Assembly: GCA_964612295.1 (NCBI GenBank)
Contig: CAZTDY010000009.1
Location: 25,992 to 89,991, forward strand
Source: an uncultured bacterium
GTDB taxonomy: Bacteria > Eisenbacteria > RBG-16-71-46 > CAIMUX01 > WJJG01
Direction: 5' to 3'
DNA length: 64,000 bases
In this document: positions 52,930-63,786 of the stretch, one piece after another
Numbering within the stretch: position 1 is the stretch's first letter
Layout: every line of letters starts with the position of its first letter
The notes under the pieces: model-generated
Told to the model about the DNA's origin: nothing
Seen by the model: only the letters and a program-made list of their open reading frames with translations
The model's database searches: none
Translations under genes and position numbers: made by a program

Positions 52930-54224
52930 TCTGGCGTCAGAACTGGAAACCCCTCCTCCTGCTTGCGGGCGGCTTTCTGCTCGCCTTCCACCTACCGGTC
53001 GGCACCGGGCGGTTCGACCGCTCGATCCTTGAGGCGTTCCACCTCGTCAAGTGGTACGCGCGCGAACATGTTCTCCTCTGTCTGATTCCCGCGTTCTTTA
53101 TCGCCGGAGCGATCGGCGTCTTTGTCAGCCAGGCGTCCGTGATGAAGTACCTGGGCGCCCGCGCCAACAAGGTCCTCGCCTACGGCGTCGCCTCGGTCTC
53201 GGGCACGATCCTGGCGGTCTGTTCCTGCACGGTCCTGCCGCTCTTCGCGGGTATCTACACGATGGGCGCGGGGCTCGGCCCGGCCACGGCGTTCCTGTAC
53301 GCGGGCCCGGCGATCAACGTGCTGGCGATCGTGCTCACCGCCCGAATCCTGGGTCTTGAGCTTGGCGCGGCGCGGGCCGTGGGGGCCATAGTTTTCAGCG
53401 TGGTCATCGGGCTGCTCATGCATCTGATCTTCCGCAAGGAAGAGATGGCCAAGGCGGAAGCGGCCGCCCACATGCCCGAACCGGAGGGTGGACGACCCCT
53501 GTGGCAGAACGGCGTGTACTTCGCAAGCATGATTGCCGTGTTGGTCTTCGCCAACTGGGGTCGCCCGGCCGAGGCCACGGGCCTCTGGCGGGCCGTGTTC
53601 GAACTCAAGTGGATCCTGACATCGATCGCAGGGCTGGGGCTCGGCCTCACCTTGGTGGTCTGGTTCCGACTCAGCCTCGTGCGCGCGCTTTTTGTCGCCG
53701 CCCCGGTTGTCCTGCTCACCTTGCTCTTCCCCCGCCAACCGATGATTCCATTCGGCGCGGCGGTTATCGGGCTTTCGGCCGTCACCAGCACGGCCGGCGG
53801 CGATATGGAACACTGGTTCGAATCGAGCTGGACCTTCGCGAAACAGATTCTGCCTTTGCTCTTCGCCGGCGTTCTCGTCGCCGGGCTGCTCCTGGGTCGC
53901 CCCGGTGAGGAAGGGGTGATCCCAGCGCACTGGATCAGCCAGGCCGTGGGGGGCAATTCGATCGGAGCCAACCTGTTTGCCTCTGTCGCCGGAGCATTCA
54001 TGTACTTCGCCACCCTGACCGAGGTCCCGATCCTGCAAGGCTTGATCGGCAACGGCATGGGCAAGGGCCCCGCTCTCGCCCTGCTGTTGGCCGGCCCGGC
54101 GCTGTCGCTACCCAACATGCTCGTCATCCGCAGTGTGATGGGCACCCGAAAGACACTCGTTTTCGTCGCACTGGTCGTGGTGATGGCGACCGCGAGCGGG
54201 CTGCTGTACGGAAGCCTTTTCTAA
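52926..54224 (+). CDS. ArsP-like (DUF318) permease
   Basis: EHVLLCLIPAFFIAGAI, LAVCSCTVLPLF, FLYAGPAIN, FMYFATLTEVPI, ALLLAGPALSLP. Confidence 0.88.
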   Translation: MIWRQNWKPLLLLAGGFLLAFHLPVGTGRFDRSILEAFHLVKWYAREHVLLCLIPAFFIAGAIGVFVSQASVMKYLGARANKVLAYGVASVSGTILAVCSCTVLPLFAGIYTMGAGLGPATAFLYAGPAINVLAIVLTARILGLELGAARAVGAIVFSVVIGLLMHLIFRKEEMAKAEAAAHMPEPEGGRPLWQNGVYFASMIAVLVFANWGRPAEATGLWRAVFELKWILTSIAGLGLGLTLVVWFRLSLVRALFVAAPVVLLTLLFPRQPMIPFGAAVIGLSAVTSTAGGDMEHWFESSWTFAKQILPLLFAGVLVAGLLLGRPGEEGVIPAHWISQAVGGNSIGANLFASVAGAFMYFATLTEVPILQGLIGNGMGKGPALALLLAGPALSLPNMLVIRSVMGTRKTLVFVALVVVMATASGLLYGSLF

Positions 54225-54242
54225 GAAGGAGATACGAAGGCC

Positions 54243-54476
54243 ATGGAGAAGATTCAGATCCTGGGCACCGGCTGCCCCAAGTGCAATCAGCTCGAAGAAA
54301 ACGCCAAAGCGGCCATCAACCAGCTCGGCCTGCAGGTCGCGGTGGAGAAGATCAGCGATCTTCAGGAGATCATGAAGTTCGGGGTCATGATGACGCCCGG
54401 CTTCGCCATCGATGGTGAGGTCAAGACCACCGGCAAGCTTCTATCGGTCGAAGAAATCAAGGAACTGCTCGGGTAA
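54243..54476 (+). CDS. Small redox-active disulfide protein (thioredoxin-like, TIGR00412-type)
   Basis: IQILGTGCPKC...GVMMTPGFAIDGEVK. Confidence 0.9.
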   Translation: MEKIQILGTGCPKCNQLEENAKAAINQLGLQVAVEKISDLQEIMKFGVMMTPGFAIDGEVKTTGKLLSVEEIKELLG

Positions 54477-54509
54477 GTGCGCAGACACTGATCGGAAAGG
54501 ACGCGACCC

Positions 54510-55010
54510 ATGACCATGACGAACCGTCTGATCATTCTTGGAGTGCTGGCGGTTCTCCTCGGGGGAACCATCGTACTCAAGCAATCGCGCGAGGCCGGTC
54601 GGGCCGAGGGGGGCAACCTCGAAGCCGATTCCCTGTCGGAAGTCGTGGACCTGGCTACGCTGCCGCCCGCGGACGGAGGCGATGAGGCGCCGGCTGCCCC
54701 CGCACCCACTCCCGCCGACCCCTCCAAGCTACCGCTGCTGGTCGATCTCGGGTCCGACACCTGTGTGCCGTGCAAGCTGATGGCGCCGATTCTCAAGGAG
54801 TTCAAGAAGGACTACGCGAACATCTTCACGGTCGAGTTCATCGACGCAAAGAAGAACCGTCCCGCGGCGGCCCTCTACGGCATCCGCGTGATCCCCACTC
54901 AGATCTTCTACGACGCCGCCGGAGAGGAGTTGTTCCGTCACGAAGGCTTCATGTCCAAAGAAGCCATCCTGGCGAAGTGGCTCGAACACGGCGTGGACAT
55001 CAGGAAGTAG
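54510..55010 (+). CDS. Membrane-anchored thioredoxin family protein
   Basis: N-terminal TM, Pro/Ala linker, DLGSDTCVPCKLM, IRVIPTQIF. Confidence 0.88.
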   Translation: MTMTNRLIILGVLAVLLGGTIVLKQSREAGRAEGGNLEADSLSEVVDLATLPPADGGDEAPAAPAPTPADPSKLPLLVDLGSDTCVPCKLMAPILKEFKKDYANIFTVEFIDAKKNRPAAALYGIRVIPTQIFYDAAGEELFRHEGFMSKEAILAKWLEHGVDIRK

Positions 55011-55012
55011 TC

Positions 55013-55711
55013 ATGGAAGAGCTTTTTACCCAGCTATCCGCTGCCGTCGAAGGATCGGCTTCCGTCGCACTTGCCGGGGCGTTCGCCTGGGGCATCCTCA
55101 GCGTGGTCCTGAGCCCCTGCCATCTTTCGAGCATCCCGCTCATCGTTGCCTTTATCGGTGAAACAGGGGGCAAGGCGCCGAAGCGCGCGTTCGCGGCCTC
55201 CTCGCTCTTCTCTCTCGGGATCCTGGTCACGATCGCCGCGGTGGGCGCGGCGACGGCCGCCTTGGGCCGCATGATGGGTGACCTGGGGCCCTACGGGCGC
55301 TACGGAGTCGCCGCGATCTTCTTCGTGCTCGGCCTGCACTTCCTGGGCGTGATCCCGATGCCCTGGTCGGGAGGCGGCCCGAGACAAACCCAACAGAGAG
55401 GATTGTGGGCGGCGTTCATCCTGGGGCTGGTGTTCGGCATCGCAGTCGGCCCCTGCACGTTCGCCTTCATGGCCCCGATGCTGGGCGTCACCTTCAGCGT
55501 GGCGTCCGAGAACTGGGTTTATGCAGCGGCCCTCCTGCTCGTCTACGGCGTGGGGCACTGTGGCGTCATCGTGCTCGCCGGCACGTTCGCCGGATGGGTG
55601 CAGCGGTACTTGAATTGGAACGAACGATCTCAGGGTTCGGTCTGGCTGCGGCGGGCCTGCGGAATTCTGGTCGTGCTCGGCGGTCTCTATCTGATCTACA
55701 CCGCGAGGTAG
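55013..55711 (+). CDS. ccdA: CcdA/DsbD-beta transmembrane electron transporter
   Basis: Six TMs with the LSPCHL and VGPCT redox cysteines; start 55013, two nt after the thioredoxin stop. Confidence 0.88.
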   Translation: MEELFTQLSAAVEGSASVALAGAFAWGILSVVLSPCHLSSIPLIVAFIGETGGKAPKRAFAASSLFSLGILVTIAAVGAATAALGRMMGDLGPYGRYGVAAIFFVLGLHFLGVIPMPWSGGGPRQTQQRGLWAAFILGLVFGIAVGPCTFAFMAPMLGVTFSVASENWVYAAALLLVYGVGHCGVIVLAGTFAGWVQRYLNWNERSQGSVWLRRACGILVVLGGLYLIYTAR

Positions 55712-55724
55712 CACGGGAGGGCAC

Positions 55725-56920
<1,196 letters not shown>

Positions 56921-56924
<4 letters not shown>

Positions 56925-57337
56925 AATCCTATCGCAAGGAACTCTGGTTCGACATCACGCGGCGCCGGCAGCTGATCAATATCACCCCCCATGTGCAGGA
57001 GTGCCTGCGTGAAAGCGGCATCAAAGAGGGGCTCCTGCTCTGCAATGCGATGCACATCACGGCGAGTGTCTTCATCAACGACGACGAGTCCGGCCTCCAT
57101 CAGGACTACGAGGACTGGCTGGAGAAGCTGGCGCCGGAGAAGCCTCACTCGCAGTACCGGCACAACGTCGGCGAGGACAACGGGGACGCCCATCTGAAGC
57201 GAACCATCATGGGGCGCGAGGTGGTGGTGGCAGTCACCGGCGGTGACCTGGACTTCGGCCCCTGGGAGCAGATCTTCTACGGGGAATTCGATGGGAAACG
57301 CCGCAAGCGGGTGCTGGTGAAGATCATCGGCGACTAG
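56921..57337 (+). CDS. YjbQ family protein (secondary thiamine-phosphate synthase-like)
   Basis: [47 protein letters not shown]; ATGA overlap with acr3. Confidence 0.92.
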
Positions 57338-57359
57338 CCTTACTGCCACGTATTTTCAC

Positions 57360-57387
57360 TTGCGAGCAGCGCTCCATCTCCTATGAT
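57360..57387 (+). promoter_or_regulatory. Possible sigma70 promoter of the CydA-like operon
   Basis: TTGCGA-N16-TATGAT, about 130 nt upstream of ATG 57521. Confidence 0.35.
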
Positions 57388-57520
57388 CCAACGCGGTCCC
57401 GGGGGGTCTATGGATGATGTGGCGCACCACCTTTGCCCGCTTGCCCGCCATTCGAGACCGTCACAACACCCAAGCCTCAGGCCAGAGGCCGTCAACTCCT
57501 ATCCAATCGAGGATACGCCT

Positions 57521-58567
57521 ATGGATCCCAGCAGTCTGGTGCCAACCGCGGACACCATCCCGGTCCCCTGGGGATGGTTCAAGGCCCTGCTCCTCCTGAC
57601 CTTCCTGCTGCACCTGATTCTCATGAACCTGATGTTGGGCGGGGGGCTGCTGGCATTTTTCCGTCGCGTGCGCGGGGGTGAGGTGCCGGCGGAGGCGAAG
57701 AGCCTGCCGGTGCTCATTGCCTTGACCATCAATTTCGGAGTTCCGCCGCTGCTCTTCGTGCAGGTTCTGTGGGGCCAGTTTCTCTACAGCAGCTCGGTCA
57801 TGATGGCGACGTTCTGGATCCTGGTGGTTCCGATTCTCATCGGGGCCTACTACGCGGCCTACGGCTTCGTGAATCAGACCAAGAAAGGGAAAGAACTGGG
57901 GACCGTCTGGCTGGGGCTCTCGACACTCCTGATGCTCTGGATCGGATTCATGGTCTCGAACAACATGACCCTCATGCTCCGGCCAGAACGTTGGGGCGCC
58001 TACTTCGACCATGTGGGCGGGGGGTTCCTCAATCTGTCCGAGCCGACCCTTTTCCCCCGGTACCTGCACTTCATCGTCGCGTCCCTGGCGGTGGCCGGCC
58101 TCGGCCGGTCGATCTATGGGTGGGTGCTGCAACGCCGCCGGAATAAATCGCAGGCCCCCGCGATCCGGTCGGGCCTGCGCGTCTTCGCGATCAGTACGAT
58201 GGTGCAGCTCGTGATCGGCATCCTCTTCTGGATCACGCTCCCCGGCCGGATCGGCTCGCTCTTCCTGGGTGGGAGCATACCCCACACGGCCCACCTCTGG
58301 CTCGGCATCCTCCTCGGGTTGGGCGCCATCTGGTTCGCGCTGCGGGGCAAGCTGTGGTTGACCACGTGGACGACACTGCTGGTCCTCGTCCTGATGATTC
58401 TCGTGCGCGACATGGTGCGCACCGCATACCTCGAGCCCGTATTTCACGTGCGCGAGCTGGCCGTCACATCCCAGGCGAGTCCGCTGGTCGGTTTCCTGAT
58501 CTCTTTCGTCGTGGTGGGCGCGTTCATCGCCTACATGGTTCGCGAGGCGTGGAAGGTGAGAACCTAG
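57521..58567 (+). CDS. Polytopic membrane protein, divergent CydA-like partner subunit (OR-N-type) of a cytochrome bd-family complex
   Basis: About 9 TMs; TFLLHLILMNLMLGGG (His in TM1); NNMTLMLRP; PRYLHFIVASLAVAG; ILVRDMVR parallels YVREIAR of the next gene. Confidence 0.65.
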   Translation: MDPSSLVPTADTIPVPWGWFKALLLLTFLLHLILMNLMLGGGLLAFFRRVRGGEVPAEAKSLPVLIALTINFGVPPLLFVQVLWGQFLYSSSVMMATFWILVVPILIGAYYAAYGFVNQTKKGKELGTVWLGLSTLLMLWIGFMVSNNMTLMLRPERWGAYFDHVGGGFLNLSEPTLFPRYLHFIVASLAVAGLGRSIYGWVLQRRRNKSQAPAIRSGLRVFAISTMVQLVIGILFWITLPGRIGSLFLGGSIPHTAHLWLGILLGLGAIWFALRGKLWLTTWTTLLVLVLMILVRDMVRTAYLEPVFHVRELAVTSQASPLVGFLISFVVVGAFIAYMVREAWKVRT

Positions 58568-58586
58568 GTTCACAACGGATGAGGGC

Positions 58587-61283
58587 ATGGCAGTGAACTA
58601 TCCATTCTGGCAAATCCCGGCAATCGGCGGCGGGTTCCTGATCGCGCTCATCGCGGTCGTCCACGTCTACGTCTCGCACCTCGCGGTCGGAGGCGGGCTC
58701 TTCCTGGTGCTGACCGAACACAAGGCCCGCCGGAGCGGGGACCATGCGCTTCTCGACTACGTGAAGAGGCACACCCACTTCTTTCTCATGCTGACCATGG
58801 TCTTCGGGGCCGTCACGGGCGTCGGCATCTGGTTTATCATCGCGCTCGTCCACCCCCAGGGAACCTCGGCGCTGATTCACAATTTCGTCTTCGGCTGGGC
58901 CATCGAGTGGACGTTCTTCATCGGCGAAATCGTCGCCCTGCTTCTCTACCACTACTTGTGGGAGCGTCTCTCGGCGCGCGTTCACCTGACCATCGGATGG
59001 CTCTATTTCGCGTTCGCCTGGCTGAGCCTGTTCGTGATCAACGGCATCCTGACCTGCATGTTGACCCCCGGGCGCTGGCTCGAAACGCAGGGGTTCTGGG
59101 ACGGCTTTTTCAATCCGACCTTCTGGCCATCGCTGATCTTCCGCAGCGGCATGGCTTTCAGCATCGCGGGCATCTTCGGCTTGATCACCGCGACCTTCTC
59201 CAAGAGAGAGTACCGGGACAGGTTGATGCGCTACTGCGCGACCTGGATGCTCGTCCCCTTCGCGCTGCTCCTCGTCGGCGGACTCTGGTATCTCGGATCG
59301 ATTCCGGAGGGGCCACTGGCCAACATCCGGGCGCACAACCCGGAGGCGATGCCATTTTCACAGGGATTCCTGATCGCCAGCGCGATCGTGTTTCTCGGCG
59401 GGCTCATTGCTCTGGTCCGTCTGAAGCCGGCGCTGCAGCGTCTCGTCGTTCTGGTCGTTCTCCTGATCGGGCTCACCTGGATCGGCGGATTCGAGTACGT
59501 GCGCGAGATCGCACGTAAGCCTTACCTGATCTACGGGTACCTCTACTCCAGTTCGGTGACCGTGGCCCAGGCGGAGACGATGAAGGAGACCGGCTTCCTC
59601 GCCCAGGCGAAGTGGGTTCAGCACCACGAGGTGACGCCTGAAAATCGGTTGGAAGCAGGCCGCGAGCTGCTGACCCATCAATGCCTGATCTGTCACACAT
59701 TGGGCGGCTACAACGATCTGTTGGCACCGACCGCCAAGTACGGTCTGGTGGGCATGACCGCGCAACTCAGCGGGCATGGGAAGATCAACACCTACATGCC
59801 GCCTTTCCTGGGCAATGATGACGAAAAAGACGCGCTCGCCGCCTACATCGCCGAGGGTTTGCACGGCAATGCCGAGGACATTTTCGAGCCCGTGGACATC
59901 GCCGAGAAGGACTTCGAGGTGCCCAGCTTCGATGTCGAGAGCGACGAGTATGTCCTGCTGGCCTGGAACGATCTCGGCATGCATTGCCTGAGCGACAGTG
60001 ATCCCTGGTTCGTCATTCTCCCGCCCGCGAACACGATCTGGGCGCAACTCATCGAGCGCGGACCGAAACCGAGGCTCATGACCGAAGGCGTGGAGCTGAA
60101 GTACTTCGTGGAAGAGGGATTCGAACATCCGCAGAACCAGGTGCCCTTCTGGGATCATGTGAAGTCGAACTTCGGGGTCGACCTCGTACCGCCGGCCGGT
60201 CTGGCCGGCCTCGGTCTGGAAGGTTTTCTGGAGCCGAAGGAAGGGTATGCCGCATTTGTCGCGGAGAATGTCCCGGTCGTCCCCTACCCCGACGGAGGGG
60301 GCTTCGATCCCTATCCGCTCTTCACCGTGGAAGCCTACGACAAGGAGACCGGCGAGAGACTGGCCCAAACCCGCATGGTGGCACCGACCAGTTCGGAGAT
60401 GGGATGCCGCAATTGTCATGGCGGCGCGTGGCGGGTCGATGACGTGGCGGGGTTCACGGATGAAACCGCGCGCGACATCCTGCGCGTTCACGATCGCATG
60501 AGCCACACCGACCTGCTGAAAGAAGCCGAGGCGGGCAATCCTCGCATGTGTGGGGCCTGTCACCTCGATCTCGCCCTCGGCACCGAAGGAGAGGCCGGAC
60601 TGCTCAATCTGCCCGCCGCCATTCACGGGTTCCACGCGAACTACCTGCCGGACCTGGAAGAGCAGTCCTGTGCGCTGTGTCACCCATCACGGCCGGACGG
60701 GGCGACCCGCTGCCTGCGCGGCCGTCACGGGGATGAGGGGCTGGGGCTCACCTGTGTGGAGTGTCACGGGACGCTTGAAGATCATGCCCTGTCTCTGCTG
60801 AAACATGAGCAGGAGGCCGGCAAGCCGGGCGCGGCGCGCCTGATGGCGCACTTGGAGCCCGTGGCGGTCGAGACCACCCTAGAGATCAACGGCCGGATGC
60901 CGTGGATCAACGAACCCGACTGCTTCAACTGCCACCAGGATTTCGAACTTCCGTCCGAGGTCAAGGAACAGATCAGCCACGAGGACTTCCTCGAACTCGA
61001 CGCCGACATCCTGGTCGATGCATTCAACACCTGGACCGAAGGAGGAGCGGCGCTCTACCGAAACCGGACCGACTCGCGGGGAGTGATGTGTGCGGCCTGC
61101 CACGGGTCGCCGCACGCAATCTACCCTGCCTACAATGAGCGCGCGAAGGACCTGGACAACATCGGGCCCCTCCAGTACCAGGACGAGGCCGGCGTGATCG
61201 GCACCGAGATGAACTGCGTCATCTGTCACACGGTGTCACGCACCGAGGAGGGTCACCACCGGCGGATGCTTTTCCGCCAGTAG
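58587..61283 (+). CDS. Cytochrome bd-type subunit I (CydA-like) fused to a c-type cytochrome region with 8 CxxCH motifs (OR-C-like)
   Basis: CydA-like VHVYVSH, GAVTGVGIW, FGWAIEWTFF, INGILTCMLTP, FFNPT, GFEYVREIARKPY; heme motifs CLICH, CRNCH, CGACH, CALCH, CVECH, CFNCH, CAACH, CVICH; AWNDLGMHC. Confidence 0.85.
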   Translation: MAVNYPFWQIPAIGGGFLIALIAVVHVYVSHLAVGGGLFLVLTEHKARRSGDHALLDYVKRHTHFFLMLTMVFGAVTGVGIWFIIALVHPQGTSALIHNFVFGWAIEWTFFIGEIVALLLYHYLWERLSARVHLTIGWLYFAFAWLSLFVINGILTCMLTPGRWLETQGFWDGFFNPTFWPSLIFRSGMAFSIAGIFGLITATFSKREYRDRLMRYCATWMLVPFALLLVGGLWYLGSIPEGPLANIRAHNPEAMPFSQGFLIASAIVFLGGLIALVRLKPALQRLVVLVVLLIGLTWIGGFEYVREIARKPYLIYGYLYSSSVTVAQAETMKETGFLAQAKWVQHHEVTPENRLEAGRELLTHQCLICHTLGGYNDLLAPTAKYGLVGMTAQLSGHGKINTYMPPFLGNDDEKDALAAYIAEGLHGNAEDIFEPVDIAEKDFEVPSFDVESDEYVLLAWNDLGMHCLSDSDPWFVILPPANTIWAQLIERGPKPRLMTEGVELKYFVEEGFEHPQNQVPFWDHVKSNFGVDLVPPAGLAGLGLEGFLEPKEGYAAFVAENVPVVPYPDGGGFDPYPLFTVEAYDKETGERLAQTRMVAPTSSEMGCRNCHGGAWRVDDVAGFTDETARDILRVHDRMSHTDLLKEAEAGNPRMCGACHLDLALGTEGEAGLLNLPAAIHGFHANYLPDLEEQSCALCHPSRPDGATRCLRGRHGDEGLGLTCVECHGTLEDHALSLLKHEQEAGKPGAARLMAHLEPVAVETTLEINGRMPWINEPDCFNCHQDFELPSEVKEQISHEDFLELDADILVDAFNTWTEGGAALYRNRTDSRGVMCAACHGSPHAIYPAYNERAKDLDNIGPLQYQDEAGVIGTEMNCVICHTVSRTEEGHHRRMLFRQ

Positions 61284-61295
61284 GAGGACGACGCG

Positions 61296-61787
61296 ATGTC
61301 CCCGTCCCAGCCAGATCCCGCGATGGAACGATCCGCCGGCATTCTCGAGAAGGTGGAGGGTGTCATCTACGTGTTGGCCGGGATCCTCCTGGCCATCGTG
61401 GCCTTTGTCATTCTGGGGCATGCGGTCTACCTGTTCGCCACCCACATCATGGCCGGGGACTTCGGCGCCGCGGTGGTCGATCTGCTGGAAGAGTTGCTGC
61501 TGGGACTCATGGCCGCTGAGTTGCTCTACACGGTCACCGTATCGCTGCGCACACGCAGCCTGTCGGCCGAGCCGTTTCTCATTGTCGGCCTTGTGGCCGC
61601 CGTACGGCGAATCCTGACGATCTCGGTCGAGGCCTCGCACCTGTTCGCCAAGGATCCGGAGCTATTCCGACTCGCGCTCTACGAGATCGGCCTCCTCGTC
61701 ATGGCCGTGCTGATTCTTGTAGTGTCGATCTACATCCTGCGGCGGGCGCGTCCGGGCATCGCCTGCGAGGGCGAGGCGGTCGGCTAG
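61296..61787 (+). CDS. PsiE-like (phosphate-starvation-inducible E family) membrane protein
   Basis: Four TMs; ELLYTV, EPFLIVGLVAAVRRIL. Confidence 0.85.
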   Translation: MSPSQPDPAMERSAGILEKVEGVIYVLAGILLAIVAFVILGHAVYLFATHIMAGDFGAAVVDLLEELLLGLMAAELLYTVTVSLRTRSLSAEPFLIVGLVAAVRRILTISVEASHLFAKDPELFRLALYEIGLLVMAVLILVVSIYILRRARPGIACEGEAVG

Positions 61788-62761
61788 TTCAACGGCTCCG
61801 GCACGCAGATCTCTCCCGCCCTCGCGGCCATGATCGTTCTGACCAGAACCACCAGAATGACCACGCTCGTCAATCCCAGCAGAACCGCCGCCAGAAAGCG
61901 GAAGAAGAGGATTTGCGTGAGCTGGTAGTAGAGCAGCGTTGCGATCGTCAACGAAGCAAGCGGAAAGGTGAACGCCCACCAGGAGATGAAGAATGGCATC
62001 TTGCGAAATTGGTTGGCCATCGTGAGCAGGAGCAGCAACGTGAAGAGCGCCACGTAGAAGAGGAGGCGATGAAAGTCGCCCAGGTCACCGGTCAGCTTGT
62101 GGAAGGCGATGAACCCCACCGAGGGCGGAGCCAGCATGATCGCCAGGGTCGGCGCGAGCTTCCCCGGCAGTGGATCGTGAAACACCACCCGATAGAAGAC
62201 GATCGTGAAGAGCGCGACCCAGAAGAAGACGCCCACGCTGAAGAAGAACCAGGAGACCTCCCGGCCCGCCAGTTCCACGCCGGCCACCGGCACGATGATG
62301 TTGCCGACCACCGGGATGAACCAGGCCGGGTTGATCGAATGAACGTGAAGGTCCCGGCAGATCCACACGTGCAGGATCTTCAGGGTGTAGAGTAGGTGAA
62401 GCACGGTCCCCACCCACCACAACCCGCGCGACACCTGGGGCAGCAAGTGCACACACCCGATGCTGAGAAGCAAAAGCGAAATCGAGAAAGCGGGAAAGAA
62501 GTTCACCCGCACCGGGTGGTTGAACTCCTCCTGGACCGCCGTGCGATAGCGCAGGAACTTCGTGATGTAGAGCAGGGTCAGGACCGCGAACCACACCCCC
62601 GCGCCGCCGAGGATGATCTGGCCGATCAGCTCGGGCCAATCGAGGATGCGAGCTGCCCGCAGGTAGGCGATGGCCAGCCCGCACAGCCCCATGGCCGAGC
62701 CGTAGAGGGTGATCGGGAGATTCTCGAGGCGCCCTCCGCCACCCGTACCCACCGTGCTCAT
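61784..62761 (-). CDS. TDT/SLAC1 family transporter (TehA-like)
   Basis: MGLCGLAIA, EFNHPVRVNFFPAFSIS, INPAWFIPVVGNIIVP, LAPTLAIMLAPP, FFISWWAFTFP; start 62761. Confidence 0.92.
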   Translation of the reverse strand: MSTVGTGGGGRLENLPITLYGSAMGLCGLAIAYLRAARILDWPELIGQIILGGAGVWFAVLTLLYITKFLRYRTAVQEEFNHPVRVNFFPAFSISLLLLSIGCVHLLPQVSRGLWWVGTVLHLLYTLKILHVWICRDLHVHSINPAWFIPVVGNIIVPVAGVELAGREVSWFFFSVGVFFWVALFTIVFYRVVFHDPLPGKLAPTLAIMLAPPSVGFIAFHKLTGDLGDFHRLLFYVALFTLLLLLTMANQFRKMPFFISWWAFTFPLASLTIATLLYYQLTQILFFRFLAAVLLGLTSVVILVVLVRTIMAARAGEICVPEPLN

Positions 62762-62877
62762 CTTTCCCCCTTCATGCTGAGGTCCTGACCACCCAACCGT
62801 AACAGCTCGGGGGAAGTTCCACCACTTGCGCGCATCCGCCGGCCTCGCTAGGCTCCCGGCCGGGGAGGATTGTGCAC

Positions 62878-63786
62878 GTGGATCAGCAGACCAGAGCCTA
62901 TGGACGGGGCCTACTGGCCGTTTTGGCCTGGTCAACCGTCGCCTCGGTCTTCAAGCTCACCCTGCGCGAGCTGACGCCGGTGGGGATGCTCTTCTACGCA
63001 TCGGTCACCTCGGCCGTCACCCTCTTACTGGTCCTGGCGTTTCAGCGCCGCCTGGGTGAGTTGACCCGCCTGAGCAGGCGTGATGTCGCCTACTTCGGCG
63101 GTCTCGGATTCCTCAACCCGTTTCTCTACTACCTGATCCTCTTTCGCGCCTACCAGCTCCTGCCCGGTCAGGAGGCCCAGGCACTCAACTACACCTGGGC
63201 GATCGCGCTGGCCCTGCTCTCGATTCCGCTCCTGAAGCAGAAAATCAGACCGGTCAGCCTGGTGGCGCTCCTGATCAGCTTCGCGGGCGTCTGGGTCATT
63301 TCGACCCGGGGCAACGTCTTCTCCGCCGACTTCGCCCAACCCCTGGGGGTCTCGCTCGCCCTGGGGAGCTCGATCATCTGGGCTCTGTTCTGGATCGGAA
63401 ACGTACGCGACCCGCGCGATGAAGTCCTCAAACTGTGCCTGTGTTTCATCTCGGGCGCGCTGTTGGTGAGCCTGTACGCACTGGTGACCGGTGCGGACCT
63501 TCACGCCAACTGGGCGGGAGTGGGCGGGAGCGTCTATGCGGGCCTCTTCGAGATGGGCCTCACCTTCGTCATCTGGTTATCGGCCCTCAGGCTCTCGCGC
63601 ACGACGGCCCAGGTGGGAAATCTGATCTTCCTCTCGCCGTTCGGCTCGCTCGTACTGCTGCACTTCATCGTCGGTGAGGAGATCTTCCGGTCATCGATCG
63701 TGGGACTGGTGCTCATCGTGGCCGGGATCGTCCTGCAACGCCGAACCGAGCGGCCCGCTACGAGCCCTGCACCACCCGGCGAATGA
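62878..63786 (+). CDS. DMT/EamA family transporter
   Basis: Ten TMs in two EamA repeats; WSTVASVFKL, GQEAQALNYTW, FLSPFGSL; GTG start 9 nt after GGAGG. Confidence 0.92.
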   Translation: MDQQTRAYGRGLLAVLAWSTVASVFKLTLRELTPVGMLFYASVTSAVTLLLVLAFQRRLGELTRLSRRDVAYFGGLGFLNPFLYYLILFRAYQLLPGQEAQALNYTWAIALALLSIPLLKQKIRPVSLVALLISFAGVWVISTRGNVFSADFAQPLGVSLALGSSIIWALFWIGNVRDPRDEVLKLCLCFISGALLVSLYALVTGADLHANWAGVGGSVYAGLFEMGLTFVIWLSALRLSRTTAQVGNLIFLSPFGSLVLLHFIVGEEIFRSSIVGLVLIVAGIVLQRRTERPATSPAPPGE

